Source: Candidatus Sericytochromatia bacterium (lineage in GTDB: Bacteria; Cyanobacteriota; Sericytochromatia; S15B-MN24; UBA4093). Taken from it: a DNA stretch of 32,895 bases. Numbering within the stretch: the stretch's first letter is position 1; each line of letters begins with the position of its first letter. A model generated the notes under the pieces. It worked only from the letters and a program-made list of their open reading frames with translations, ran no database searches and was not told the origin of the DNA. Both the position numbers and the translations under genes were made by a program. Location of the stretch: NCBI GenBank assembly GCA_036676495.1, contig JAKFCT010000077.1, positions 1 to 32,895 of the forward strand, given 5' to 3'. Shown piece by piece: positions 1 to 9,324 of the stretch.

Positions 1-546
1 AAGGTCCTCGGCGAGAACGCCACCATGTTCTCCGTCATGAAGGGCATCGCCTACTCCGTCAACCAGTGAGCCAAGATCATCAACCTCAGCCTGGGCGTCG
101 CGTTGACCGACAGCGTCGAGCGCGCCTTCTACGAGGAAGACCTCGCCCGCCACAACGTGCTGATCGTGGCCGCCGCCGGCAACGACGGCATCGCCAACAT
201 GGGCTTCCCCGCCTCCTTCAAGAACGTCATGGCCGTCGGCTCCGTGAACCAGACCCAGAAGCTCTCGAACTTCTCTTGCTACGGCTACGGCATGAGCGTC
301 GTGGCCCCCGGCGAAGGCATCCTCAGCACCTTCCCCGGCGGCACCTACGCCATGATCGACGGCACCAGCATGGCCGCTCCCTTCGTCTCGGGCGCCGCCG
401 CCCTCGTCTGGAGCAAGTTCCCCCAGTGGACCGCCCAGCAGGTACGCCAGCGCCTCGAGCAAACCGCCACCGACCTCGGTGACGCCGGCTTCGACCCGAA
501 GTACGCCCACGGCCTGATCAACCTGGAAAAGGCGCTCGCCGACTAG
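1..546 (+). CDS. S8 (subtilisin-like) serine peptidase, C-terminal part; 5' end outside the window; in-frame TGA at 67-69
   Basis: Frame 1 reads KVLG...KGIAYSVNQ*AKIINLSLG...VAAAGNDG (oxyanion Asn)...VVAPG...GTSMAAPFVSGAAAL (catalytic Ser)...TATDLG...HGLIN. Confidence 0.9.
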
Positions 547-573
547 CTCCTGCTTCAGGCAGCACACTCGCCA

Positions 574-605
574 CGAGGCCCCGGGGAACGCTCCCCGGGG
601 CCTCG
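574..605 (+). terminator. GC-rich hairpin after the S8 gene (no U-tract)
   Basis: CGAGGCCCCGGGGA-ACGC-TCCCCGGGGCCTCG, a perfect 14-bp stem. Confidence 0.55.
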
Positions 606-789
606 CCCATGGCTTCCGAACATGGCGACGTCACAATCCGTAACAGGCTAAACCCGCTTGTAGCAAGGCCCTTGGCGTTCGTTCCGTACTAAGTACGCTT
701 CAGCCAGGGGCTTTCTGCTGGCATGCTTAGTGAGTACCCACTAACCTTCCCGGACTGCCGGCCGGGCGAGGACGCCTGAATCGGAGCCC

Positions 790-2649
790 ATGAACAGCAT
801 TGCCATCGAACTCTATCGCTCCGTGGCGCTTTCGGCCTGCGAAGCCATCAGTCCCGAAGCCAGCGTGCTGAAATGCCTCGCGCGGATCTGCCACCTGATG
901 GATTGGCAGGTCGGCCACGTCTACCTGCCAAGCGAATCGCAGGAGACCCTGGCCTCCGGGCCGCTCTGGTACCTTTCCGATCCGATCCGCTTCGGCCCCT
1001 ACAAAGCCTACACCGAGACCCTGGTCATCAAGCCGGGGACCGGCCTGGTCGGGACGGCCTTCGCCACCGGGCAGGCCCGCTGGATCTCGGACGCCTCCGA
1101 GGCCCCGGGCTTCCTGCGAGCGGAGCAGGCCCTGGAAGTGGGCCTACGCTCCGCCTTCGCCTTCCCCATCCGGGCGGGCTGCGAGACGCTGGGGGTCATG
1201 GAGTTCTTCAGCACCCGCGCGACCGAGGTGGACCCCGTTCTCTTCCGCACCATGGAGGAAGTCGCGAAGCTGCTCGGTGAGGTCATCAAGCGCAAACGCG
1301 CGGAGTACGACGTCCTCAAGCAGGCCTGCAGCTCCGATCCGCTGACGCATCTCCCGAACCGCGCCCTTTTCAGCCGGCGCCTTCACGAAGCCATCGAGCG
1401 GTCGGGGAGGGACGGAGAGCCTGGAGCCGTGCTCTTCCTCGATCTGGATCGCTTCAAGGTGATCAACGAGACGCTGGGGCACGAGGCGGGCGATCGCTTG
1501 TTGCGCGCCGTCGCCGAGCGGCTCTTGCCGTTCGGAAGCCAGTACGATCACCTGGCCCGCCTGGGCGGCGACGAGTTCACCATCCTGCTTCCCGGACTCG
1601 AAGGACCGGAAGCGAGCGAACTTGCGGCCTACTCCATCCTGGAAACCTTCGAGCGCCCGTTCAACCTGGACGGGCACGCGCTCTATCTGTCGGTCAGCAT
1701 CGGCGGAAGCCTCTTCCCGACCGACGGGGATGACGCCGCCACGCTCATGAAGCACGCGAGCATCGCCCTCGATCAGGCCAAGAAGCACCAGAGCAAGGTG
1801 AAGTTCTACGAGCCCTCGATGCATGCCGGGACCTCCGAGCGCCTGATCCTCGAGCATCACCTCCGGCGGGCCCTGGACAGCGACGAGCTCGTGCTTCACT
1901 ACCAGCCCCAGATCGACCTCCAGAACGGGGAGATCGTCGGCGCCGAGGTGCTGGTTCGCTGGCAGCATCCCGACATGGGCCTGATCTCCCCCGGAAAGTT
2001 CATCCCGCTGGCCGAAGAGACCGGCCTCATCATGCCGATGACCGAGCAGATCCTGCGCACGGCCTGCGAGCGGGGACGCGCGTGGCAGGACGAAGGCCTG
2101 CCTCCCATCCGGCTCGCCGTCAATCTCTCCGGCAACCATTTCAAGCGCACAGGCCTGGAGTCGGCGATCCTGGCGACCCTCGCCGAGACGGGGTTCCCCG
2201 CCTCGCTCCTCGAACTCGAGCTCACCGAGGGCATCATGATGGAGAACGTGGAAGCGACCATCGTGACGCTCGCCAGGCTGAACACCCATGGGATCCAGTT
2301 CGCGGTGGACGACTTCGGCACCGGCTACTCCTCCCTGAGCTACCTGAAGCGCTTCCCCTTGAGCTTCCTCAAGATCGATCAGTCCTTCGTGAGGGACATC
2401 GCCTCCGATCCGGAGGACCGGGCGATCGTCAGCGCCATCATCGCACTGGCGCACCGCCTCCACCTCCGGGTCATCGCCGAAGGAGTCGAGACCGAGGAGC
2501 AGCTTCGCTTCCTGCAAGGGCAAGGCTGCGATTACGCGCAGGGCTACTACTTCAGCCGGCCGCTGGCCGAATCGATCTTCCGGGACATGCTCGCCTCGAA
2601 TCGCCGGATGGCGATCGGCGAACCGACGCCGATGCGCTCGGCCGGCTAG
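790..2649 (+). CDS. GAF-GGDEF-EAL diguanylate cyclase/phosphodiesterase
   Basis: GAF (PGTGLVG...LRSAFAFPI...GVMEFFS); DPLTHLPNR, FLDLDRFKVINETLGH, RLGGDEF; EAL domain with EVLVRW, ELTE, DDFGTGYSSLSYL, KIDQSF, AEGVET, QGYYFS. Confidence 0.95.
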   Translation: MNSIAIELYRSVALSACEAISPEASVLKCLARICHLMDWQVGHVYLPSESQETLASGPLWYLSDPIRFGPYKAYTETLVIKPGTGLVGTAFATGQARWISDASEAPGFLRAEQALEVGLRSAFAFPIRAGCETLGVMEFFSTRATEVDPVLFRTMEEVAKLLGEVIKRKRAEYDVLKQACSSDPLTHLPNRALFSRRLHEAIERSGRDGEPGAVLFLDLDRFKVINETLGHEAGDRLLRAVAERLLPFGSQYDHLARLGGDEFTILLPGLEGPEASELAAYSILETFERPFNLDGHALYLSVSIGGSLFPTDGDDAATLMKHASIALDQAKKHQSKVKFYEPSMHAGTSERLILEHHLRRALDSDELVLHYQPQIDLQNGEIVGAEVLVRWQHPDMGLISPGKFIPLAEETGLIMPMTEQILRTACERGRAWQDEGLPPIRLAVNLSGNHFKRTGLESAILATLAETGFPASLLELELTEGIMMENVEATIVTLARLNTHGIQFAVDDFGTGYSSLSYLKRFPLSFLKIDQSFVRDIASDPEDRAIVSAIIALAHRLHLRVIAEGVETEEQLRFLQGQGCDYAQGYYFSRPLAESIFRDMLASNRRMAIGEPTPMRSAG

Positions 2650-2652
2650 GCC

Positions 2653-3720
2653 TCACGAGCCCGTTCGCTCGGAAAGGGGCTCCGGGAACATCACGACCCG
2701 CAGTGCCGCCGCCTCCTGCTCGGGGGCGATGCTGAGCATGCGCATCAGTTCGACCTCCTCCAGGGTGTAGCCCTGTTGCAGCAGCGTCAGCCGCTGCTTG
2801 TCGCTCGGGGCGAGACTGGACAAGGTGATGCCCCGCTGGTAGCAATCGAAGACCACCGGAGCGATATAGCTGGAGCGGGCGATGGCCGGCGTGTTTCCCA
2901 GGGCCTGGGCGACCTCGGCGGCGCAGCGGGTCAGGTTCTTCTTGGCCTCCTTCGGGTCCGCGGGAGGTCCGTAACGGGCCAGCACGCGGGCCGCCAAAAG
3001 GGTCCCGCTCCAGGTGCGGAAGTCCTTGGAGCTGAAGCCGGGCCCCATGATGTCCTTGATGTAGGCGTTGACGTCGCGGCTGGTCAGCGGAGCCTGCGAT
3101 CCGTCCTCGCAGGGAACCTTGAAGAGCCGCGGGCCGGGCAGCTCCGACAGCTCCCGCATGATGGCGGTCAAGCCCCCGTCACAGACCACCTGAGACTGCG
3201 CGATGCCATGCTTGCCCCGGTAATCGAAGGTCAGGCAGGTCTCGGAAATGGCGAGGTGCTGGCGGCAAAGGGTCGAGAGGCCGTAGGACTGGTTCTCGCG
3301 GGCATAGCGATCGCCGCCGATCCGGAAACTTCCCGCGCTGATGAGGCGGGTCAACAGCGCCAGCACCTTCTCCCGGCTGAGCGCCGGCTGGGCCAGATGC
3401 TCCGAGGTGACGGCCCGGAAGTGGGGAAGCCGCTGGGCAAATGCGGCCAGGCGCCGGAACTTGGCCGCCGCCCGCTGCTGGGTCCATTCCGGATGATACC
3501 GGTACTGCTTGCGGCCCTTGCGATCGAAGCCGAACGCTTGAAGCTTCGTCGACGCGGACGGTGAAATCCGCACCCCCGTCCAGGCCGGGGGAATGCCCAG
3601 CGCCCGAATGCGTTTCAACGCGGCTGGAGCGGTGATGGGCCGGCCCCGGGCATCCCGGTACGCGAAACCCGTTGCCTTGTCGCCCTCGCGAGACCACCAA
3701 CGCGCATACGGCTCGGCCAT
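2653..3720 (-). CDS. DNA topoisomerase IB, bacterial/poxvirus-like
   Basis: IPPAW and GRKQYRYHPEW; catalytic set R(FRIG), K(GKHG), R(SKDFRTW), N(LGNTP), Y(SSYI). Start placed at ATG 3720 behind a GAGGGAG RBS. Confidence 0.93.
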   Translation of the reverse strand: MAEPYARWWSREGDKATGFAYRDARGRPITAPAALKRIRALGIPPAWTGVRISPSASTKLQAFGFDRKGRKQYRYHPEWTQQRAAAKFRRLAAFAQRLPHFRAVTSEHLAQPALSREKVLALLTRLISAGSFRIGGDRYARENQSYGLSTLCRQHLAISETCLTFDYRGKHGIAQSQVVCDGGLTAIMRELSELPGPRLFKVPCEDGSQAPLTSRDVNAYIKDIMGPGFSSKDFRTWSGTLLAARVLARYGPPADPKEAKKNLTRCAAEVAQALGNTPAIARSSYIAPVVFDCYQRGITLSSLAPSDKQRLTLLQQGYTLEEVELMRMLSIAPEQEAAALRVVMFPEPLSERTGS

Positions 3721-3780
3721 GATGACTCCCTCTTTCGCCGCCCTCAGTGTAGCGTGCGTGGGGGGCATCGCAAGCCGCGC

Positions 3781-6700
3781 TCAGCTGTTGCGCGACAGCG
3801 CCTCCGGATCGCGGACCTCGAAGATCGAGACGGGCTCGGATTTTCCCTTCACGACCAGGCGATCGATGAAGCGGGTCGGGTAGGGCGTCTCCAGGCCCTT
3901 CATGGTGTTCTCGCTGATGATGAGCGGCACGCCGTACTCCTTGGTCAGGCTCTCGAGGCGCGACGCGAGGTTCACCGTGTCGCTGATGACCGTTCCCTCC
4001 ATGCGGCGGTGCTCTCCCACCGTGCCGAGCATGAGGTCGCCGGAGTTGATGCCGATGCCGATCTCGATGGGCTGGTAGCCCGCCCTGACGCGGCCCTGGT
4101 TGTAGACCTCCAGCTGGCGCAGCATGGCGATCGCCGCCCGGACCGCATCGTCCGGCCCCCCCTCGAAGAGCGCCATGATGGCGTCTCCCATGTACTTGTC
4201 GATGAAGCCGCCGTGCTCCCGGATAATCGGCCCCATCTGCGACAGGTAGGCGTTGATGAAGCGGAAGTTGTCCAGGGGCGTCATCGTCTCGGAGAGGGTC
4301 GTGAACGACCGGATATCCGAGAAGAGCACCGTCATGGTCTTCTGGACCTGATCTCCGAGCTGGACGTCCACGATGCTCTCCTTGTTGAGCATGCGCATCA
4401 GCTCGTGGGGCACGAATCGCGAGGTCGCGATATGGTACTTGCTGAGGTTGAGGTGGGTCTTGATCCGAGACAAGAGCTCGGGCTTGGAGATCGGCTTGGT
4501 CAGGTAATCGTTGGCCCCCGACTTGAAGCCGTCGACCAGATCCGAGAGCTGGTTCTTGGCGGTCAAGAGCAGGATCGGAAGCTCGTTGGCGGGGTAGCGC
4601 TCGCGGATCTTCTGGCAGACCTCGTAGCCCGACATGCGGGGCATCATCACGTCGAGCAGGACCACGTCGAAGTGCCGGCCCTCGTCGATCAGGGCCAGGG
4701 CCTCCATGCCGTTCATGGCCTTGGTGACGGTGTAATTCTGAAGGGAGAGCTGATTGATCAGCACCTGCAGGTTCACCAGCTCGTCGTCCACCACCAGGAC
4801 ATGCACCGGCTCGGACTCGGGCTTGCCGGCGTCCGGCTTGCCGGAATCCGGTTCGACGAGCTCCAGCCCGCCGCTCTGCGGCAAGCGAGCGGTCAGCACC
4901 AGCTCCTCGGGCTCTGGGGCCACTTCCTGGATGCGGCTCAGCGGCAGCGCTTCCGCGCTGCGAGTCGCCGGAGCGGAGGCGAGGGGAAGCGTGAACGAGA
5001 AGCGCGAGCCCTCGCCCAGCTTCGACTCCAGCCAGATCCGGCCGCCATGCAGTTCGACGAGCTGCTTGGTGATGCTGAGCCCCACGCCCGTCCCGCCGAA
5101 CTCGCGGGAGACCGACGAGTCCACCTGTTCGAAGGACTTGAAGACGTCCTCGAACTTCTCCTCGGGGATGCCGATGCCCGTGTCCGCCACCGTCACCGTG
5201 ACCCAGCCCTGGCTCGTCACCGAGGCCATGACCGTGATGGAGGCCGTCACCGTGACCGAGCCGGAATCGGTGAACTTGATGGCATTGCCGATCAGGTTAT
5301 GGAGGATCTGCATCAGGCGATCCTCGTCGCCGTCGATGGCCGGCAGGGACTCCGGGATGGCGTTGTGGAGGGCGATCGCCCTTCCGGCGGTCAGCGGCTT
5401 GGAGAGCGTGATCACGACTTCCGCCACCTGCCGGAGATCCAGCGCCTTGCGCTGCAGCGTGAGGTCGTGGTTCCGCAGCTTCGAGAAGTCGAGCATGCTG
5501 TTGACGAGGTTCCCGAGGCGCCGGCCGCTCGAGGCGATCATGCCGAGGTTGGAGACGGTCGAGGCAGGCAAAGGACCGGTGGCTCCATCGATCAGGGACT
5601 CGGCGAGCCCGATGATGCCATGCAGGGGAGTCCGCAATTCATGGGAGGTATTGGCCAGGAACTCGTTCTTGAGCTTGTCGAGCGAGAGCAGGCGCTGGGA
5701 CATGGCCTCGATGGTCGCGAAGGCCTGCGAGAAGCGCTGCGAGAGCAGGAACGACTGCGTGAAGATGAAGACGATCAGCCCGTAGGGAACGATGTAGGCT
5801 CCCCCGATGAGGCGCTGGGAGACCAGGATGTCGTTGACGGCCGCCGCGAAGAGGACCAGAAAGCCAATCAAGGCGGCCATCGCTCCCTCCCGCTTGCGGA
5901 TGACCGCGAGCACGATGGCCCCCGTCGCGAAGACCCCCGCCACCAGGGTGCCCAGCGAAACGGGCATCAGGGTGTGCTGATAGACGTCGTTCGGGGTGGC
6001 GATCACGATCAGCGACGCGCCGCCGAGCAGCACCTGGGCCGCCCGCAACACGGCGCGCGGCATCTCGTCGGGATAGACGGCCCTCAAGAACATCATGAAG
6101 AACGGAATGGCCAGGTAGAAGGTCAGGTACTCGATCTTGTTGACGGCGGCCCAGGAGAGTTCCGGCACGAGCGTCAGGATGAAGTAGTCGTTGGTGCAGA
6201 TGCTCCGCAGCGCCACGATCAGGCAGAGCAGGCCGAAGAATAGCGTGGAGGGCTCGTTGCGGCGGAGCACGAAGAGCCCCAGGTTGTAGAGGCCCATGAG
6301 GAGGATGCTGCCGAAAAGGAAGAGGCTGAGGGCCACCTGGCGCATGCGGGCCGCGTTGATCTGGCGCTCGCTGCCGAGCGTGAAGGGCTCGATCAAGCCT
6401 CCTTGCTCCTCGAAGAAGTTGGAGACCTGGACGGTCACGGGGGTGATGGGCTCGCTCAGGCTGAAGGTGCCGGGTCCCGGGAAGTGATGTGGGAACGCGC
6501 CGCCCGGGGCGGATTGCACCCGTCCGCCCTCGTAGACGAGGCGATCGCCCACCCAGACCCGGACGCCCTGCGGATGGTTGAAGCGTTCGACCGCCACCAG
6601 CTGATGAAGGTCCTCGGACTTGAGGCCCAGGCGGTAAGTGGCGACCCCGTGAGCCGGCAAGCCCAGGTCCGTCCATGAGCCGGGGACGGGCGCCAAAGCA

Positions 6701-6990
6701 GTAGGAGTGGGCTTCTTGGCGCCCTTGAAGTCCCGGGGTTCGAGCAACTGGTTCCAGTACAGCTCCCAGTCTCCCTCGAGCTTCAGGAGGCCGTCGCGCT
6801 CGAAACTCCAGTGGGTGAGGTCCAGCAGCCCTTGCTTCGCAACCGGAGAGTCCACCAGCGGCGGCACGGGCTGGGCCTTCGCGCTCCAGCCCATGAAGCT
6901 GACGACCATCAAGATGACCAGGGAGAGCAGTGCGTGGCGCATGAAGTCTCTTTGCGACGAGGTTTCCGGAACCGTGACAACGGGTAGCAT
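3781..6990 (-). CDS. Hybrid sensor: 7TM-DISM extracellular + 7TM domains, histidine kinase, REC, class III adenylate cyclase
   Basis: GLLDL..W....[15 protein letters not shown] (DISM extracellular domain); 7 hydrophobic helices; H-box [16 protein letters not shown]; N-box [10 protein letters not shown]; G boxes DTGIGI and GGTGVGL; REC VVDD/LLDVMMP/K; cyclase [36 protein letters not shown]. True start may be ATG 6942. Confidence 0.93.
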   Translation of the reverse strand: MLPVVTVPETSSQRDFMRHALLSLVILMVVSFMGWSAKAQPVPPLVDSPVAKQGLLDLTHWSFERDGLLKLEGDWELYWNQLLEPRDFKGAKKPTPTALAPVPGSWTDLGLPAHGVATYRLGLKSEDLHQLVAVERFNHPQGVRVWVGDRLVYEGGRVQSAPGGAFPHHFPGPGTFSLSEPITPVTVQVSNFFEEQGGLIEPFTLGSERQINAARMRQVALSLFLFGSILLMGLYNLGLFVLRRNEPSTLFFGLLCLIVALRSICTNDYFILTLVPELSWAAVNKIEYLTFYLAIPFFMMFLRAVYPDEMPRAVLRAAQVLLGGASLIVIATPNDVYQHTLMPVSLGTLVAGVFATGAIVLAVIRKREGAMAALIGFLVLFAAAVNDILVSQRLIGGAYIVPYGLIVFIFTQSFLLSQRFSQAFATIEAMSQRLLSLDKLKNEFLANTSHELRTPLHGIIGLAESLIDGATGPLPASTVSNLGMIASSGRRLGNLVNSMLDFSKLRNHDLTLQRKALDLRQVAEVVITLSKPLTAGRAIALHNAIPESLPAIDGDEDRLMQILHNLIGNAIKFTDSGSVTVTASITVMASVTSQGWVTVTVADTGIGIPEEKFEDVFKSFEQVDSSVSREFGGTGVGLSITKQLVELHGGRIWLESKLGEGSRFSFTLPLASAPATRSAEALPLSRIQEVAPEPEELVLTARLPQSGGLELVEPDSGKPDAGKPESEPVHVLVVDDELVNLQVLINQLSLQNYTVTKAMNGMEALALIDEGRHFDVVLLDVMMPRMSGYEVCQKIRERYPANELPILLLTAKNQLSDLVDGFKSGANDYLTKPISKPELLSRIKTHLNLSKYHIATSRFVPHELMRMLNKESIVDVQLGDQVQKTMTVLFSDIRSFTTLSETMTPLDNFRFINAYLSQMGPIIREHGGFIDKYMGDAIMALFEGGPDDAVRAAIAMLRQLEVYNQGRVRAGYQPIEIGIGINSGDLMLGTVGEHRRMEGTVISDTVNLASRLESLTKEYGVPLIISENTMKGLETPYPTRFIDRLVVKGKSEPVSIFEVRDPEALSRNS

Positions 6991-7088
6991 GGGAAAAGAG
7001 GCTTGCTTGCCTAGTATCTTCTCAACCCGCGAATGAGCATCCTTAAACAGACCCCCATCGGACGATCTCCCTTGAGCTGCTAGCTGAC

Positions 7089-8231
7089 GTGTTCTGGAAA
7101 CGCCACCTGACGACCGCCCTCGCCCTCGTGTCCCTGGCGGCCCCCGCCCATGCCGAGGACGCGTTGCCCGGCGTACGCTTCACCGACTCCTACGGCCCCA
7201 TGACGCCGCGCTACCGGCGCGCGATCGAGGGAGTCGCGCCGGACGCATGGCGCCCGCAGCTGCTCAAGCTCCGAAACCTCACGGACGTCCACGTGACGCC
7301 CCAGCCCGAAGGGGTCGCGATCTCCCTCACGGAGGCCCCGTACCTCTCGATTTCCCCCAAGTTCATTCCGTTCGTCCTTCCCGTCGGGCTGGAGGTCATC
7401 GCGGAGGACTGGCGGCTCGGCGGCCAGTACTACGACTTCAAGGCCTGGGCCGGCTACGTCTGGAGCGGCGTGACCCTCTACGAGCCGGGTCAGCTCGACG
7501 CCAAGCCCCGCACGAACCTGGCCTACAACTTCCCGGAGGCTTACGCCCGCGCCGGCGTCATGGTGCTGCCGTACACCCGTGTCTACCTGGAAGGCAAGGT
7601 CGCCGGGGCCGGCATGGACGGCAATGCCGCCCTGGCCAGCGACTTCGGGACGGTTCACGGGGCGATGGTCACGATCTCGCCCTTTTTGCGCTACGACGAC
7701 ACCGACCACCCGGACATGCCACGCATGGGCACCCGTCTGCGGGCAGGCGTCCTCTTCGGGCCCAGGGGGCTCGGCAATCCGGGTGATTACCTGCGCTACG
7801 ACGCCACCTTCCAGGAGTACGTTCCCCTGGGAGAGTTCGACAGCCTCGCCATCGGCCTCCATGGCGGCCTCGGAGACGGTGAGCTTCCCCTCGCTCAGGC
7901 TTACTGGCTGGGAGCCGGAAGCTACCTGCGCGGCTACACCGGATCCCGCTTCGTCGGGAACCAGATGCTCGCGCTCAGCGTCGAGCTGCGGCATGCGCTC
8001 TGGCCCCAGATCGCCGGCAGCGGGTTCACCCTCTGGAGCACGGCCTTCGCCGATGCGGCCCGCTCGTGGAACCGGGGGGCGGCGATCGCCTTTCCCATGG
8101 ACATCCGCCCCTCGATCGGAGGCTACCTCGGCTTGAGCCTCGGCACCTGGTACGTCGGGCGCATCGAGGCGGCCGTCGGCAACGAAGGCCCCTTCGTAAA
8201 CATCGCCGCCGGCCTCCCCTTCCCCTGGTAA
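7089..8231 (+). CDS. Small Omp85/BamA-TamA-family outer-membrane beta-barrel protein
   Basis: Signal peptide (AHA/E), amphipathic beta-strands, YDDTD..P..G, LG..SYLRGY (VRGY-like loop motif), SVELR, FADA, aromatic C-terminus. Confidence 0.75.
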   Translation: MFWKRHLTTALALVSLAAPAHAEDALPGVRFTDSYGPMTPRYRRAIEGVAPDAWRPQLLKLRNLTDVHVTPQPEGVAISLTEAPYLSISPKFIPFVLPVGLEVIAEDWRLGGQYYDFKAWAGYVWSGVTLYEPGQLDAKPRTNLAYNFPEAYARAGVMVLPYTRVYLEGKVAGAGMDGNAALASDFGTVHGAMVTISPFLRYDDTDHPDMPRMGTRLRAGVLFGPRGLGNPGDYLRYDATFQEYVPLGEFDSLAIGLHGGLGDGELPLAQAYWLGAGSYLRGYTGSRFVGNQMLALSVELRHALWPQIAGSGFTLWSTAFADAARSWNRGAAIAFPMDIRPSIGGYLGLSLGTWYVGRIEAAVGNEGPFVNIAAGLPFPW

Positions 8232-8232
8232 G

Positions 8233-9045
8233 CTACCAGCCGTACTGCATGTCCCCGTACGACTGCCCGTAAGGCTGGCCGTACGGCTGCCCGTAGGACG
8301 GCATCATCCCCCCCTCGTCGTCGCGGCGGGCCCTCCGCGCGTCGTACTCGCGCCTCAGCTGCGCCCGCATCCCCGGATCGGCCATCACTTTCGCGCGGTA
8401 CGCATCGTCCGAGGTGAAGCGCTCCCGGAAGGCCCCGTCCTTCATCAGCATGCTCCGGAAGCCCGGATCGAAGTAAATCACCCGCCTCAGCGCGCCGTCC
8501 GAGACCATCAGCCCCCGGAGCGCCGCGTTCGAGCTGAAGAGGTGCCGGAACGCATGATCCCGGTGCAGGAGGTTGCGCAGCTGATGCTCCTCGTGCATGC
8601 GCAGGCGCAGGTCGGGATCGCTCATCAGCACGCTTCGGAAGCGCGCATCCTGGGCCACCACCCCGGCGTAATCCGCATCGTCGAACGGCCGGCGGAACGC
8701 CTCCTCCTGCACCAGCCGCTGCCGGAAGGCGGCGTCATTGAGCACGTGGTGCCGCAGCGCCGGAATCAGCACCAGGCGGCTCCGGAAGACCGTGTCCTTC
8801 TTGACCATGTTCCGGAAGGCCGAGTCCTGGCTCATGGTCTGCCAGAAGGACGGATCCTCGTAGAGCGCCTGCTGATACTGCTCTTCCGTGGCGATCGGAG
8901 GCCGAAGCCCCGTCCGATGCCACTCCGGCACCTCCGTCTCCTCGGCGGAAATCGATAGCGGCCCCTCGCTCCCCGGCGGAGCCGTGCCGCATGCCCCCAG
9001 CATCATGAGGGCGACCAAGCATCCCACCTGTACCCCGTACCGCAT
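8233..9045 (-). CDS. Lipoprotein with ~18 tandem 10-aa repeats and a YGQP tail, function unknown
   Basis: AAGGAGG RBS, lipobox LGAC, repeat consensus xDxx[FLYM]Rxxhh. Confidence 0.8.
   Translation of the reverse strand: MRYGVQVGCLVALMMLGACGTAPPGSEGPLSISAEETEVPEWHRTGLRPPIATEEQYQQALYEDPSFWQTMSQDSAFRNMVKKDTVFRSRLVLIPALRHHVLNDAAFRQRLVQEEAFRRPFDDADYAGVVAQDARFRSVLMSDPDLRLRMHEEHQLRNLLHRDHAFRHLFSSNAALRGLMVSDGALRRVIYFDPGFRSMLMKDGAFRERFTSDDAYRAKVMADPGMRAQLRREYDARRARRDDEGGMMPSYGQPYGQPYGQSYGDMQYGW
8353..8889 (-). repeat. Protein-level tandem repeat, ~18 x 10 aa (one 9-aa unit)
   Basis: EDPSFWQTMS/QDSAFRNMVK/KDTVFRSRLV/.../NDAAFRQRLV/.../QDARFRSVLM/SDPDLRLRMH/.../FDPGFRSMLM/KDGAFRERFT/SDDAYRAKVM/ADPGMRAQLR. 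Confidence 0.85.
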
Positions 9046-9324
9046 GACAAGGCCTCCTTACGGTCTCACGAACGCCTGCCGGGCGCTCCCTCTTGCTCCA
9101 CGAGCCCTAGTCCAAGATCTACGCCATCGACGGGCGCTCGTGAGGGATCAAGATGACCAGAAAACCACCCGGTCATTGATTGATTGAGACGTTCCACGCC
9201 GAGCGTCAGCGGGGCCCCCCATGCCCCCTCGGCCCCGATGACGCTCGCATGGCAAGCTGAGCCTTGCGAGCCGACGGCCAAGAGGTTATGATGAGGTTAA
9301 GACGCCACCCGAACGGAGGAGAAG

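Noticed and set aside
67-69. UGA recoded as Gly (genetic code 25) or as selenocysteine
   Set aside because: UGA ends several well-defined genes here (lon, hmgA, topoisomerase IB, the cyclase hybrid), no other gene has an internal UGA, and the site is a Gly rather than a Cys position.
640-760. c-di-GMP riboswitch ahead of the GGDEF-EAL gene
   Set aside because: GGCTAAACCC resembles the start of the class I motif, but the GNRA tetraloop stem and GACGCAAAGC core are not present.
2653-3720. Tyrosine recombinase/integrase marking a mobile element
   Set aside because: The motifs (IPPAW, QYRYH, KDFRTW, LGNTP..SY) are those of topoisomerase IB, and no att sites or phage/plasmid genes are nearby.
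3754-6243. 829-aa ORF antisense to the hybrid kinase, and similar long antisense ORFs such as 1144-2523, 10670-11713, 21098-22114, 26288-27682 and 30045-31244
   Set aside because: Each is the mirror frame of a well-supported gene in high-GC DNA.
7041-7070. Sigma-28-like promoter before the Omp85 gene (TAAA...GACGAT)
   Set aside because: The spacer is 13 nt rather than about 15 and the -10 match is poor.
8236-8889. CRISPR array or DNA-level tandem repeat
   Set aside because: The periodicity is at the protein level inside an ORF, with no identical direct repeats and spacers and no cas genes.
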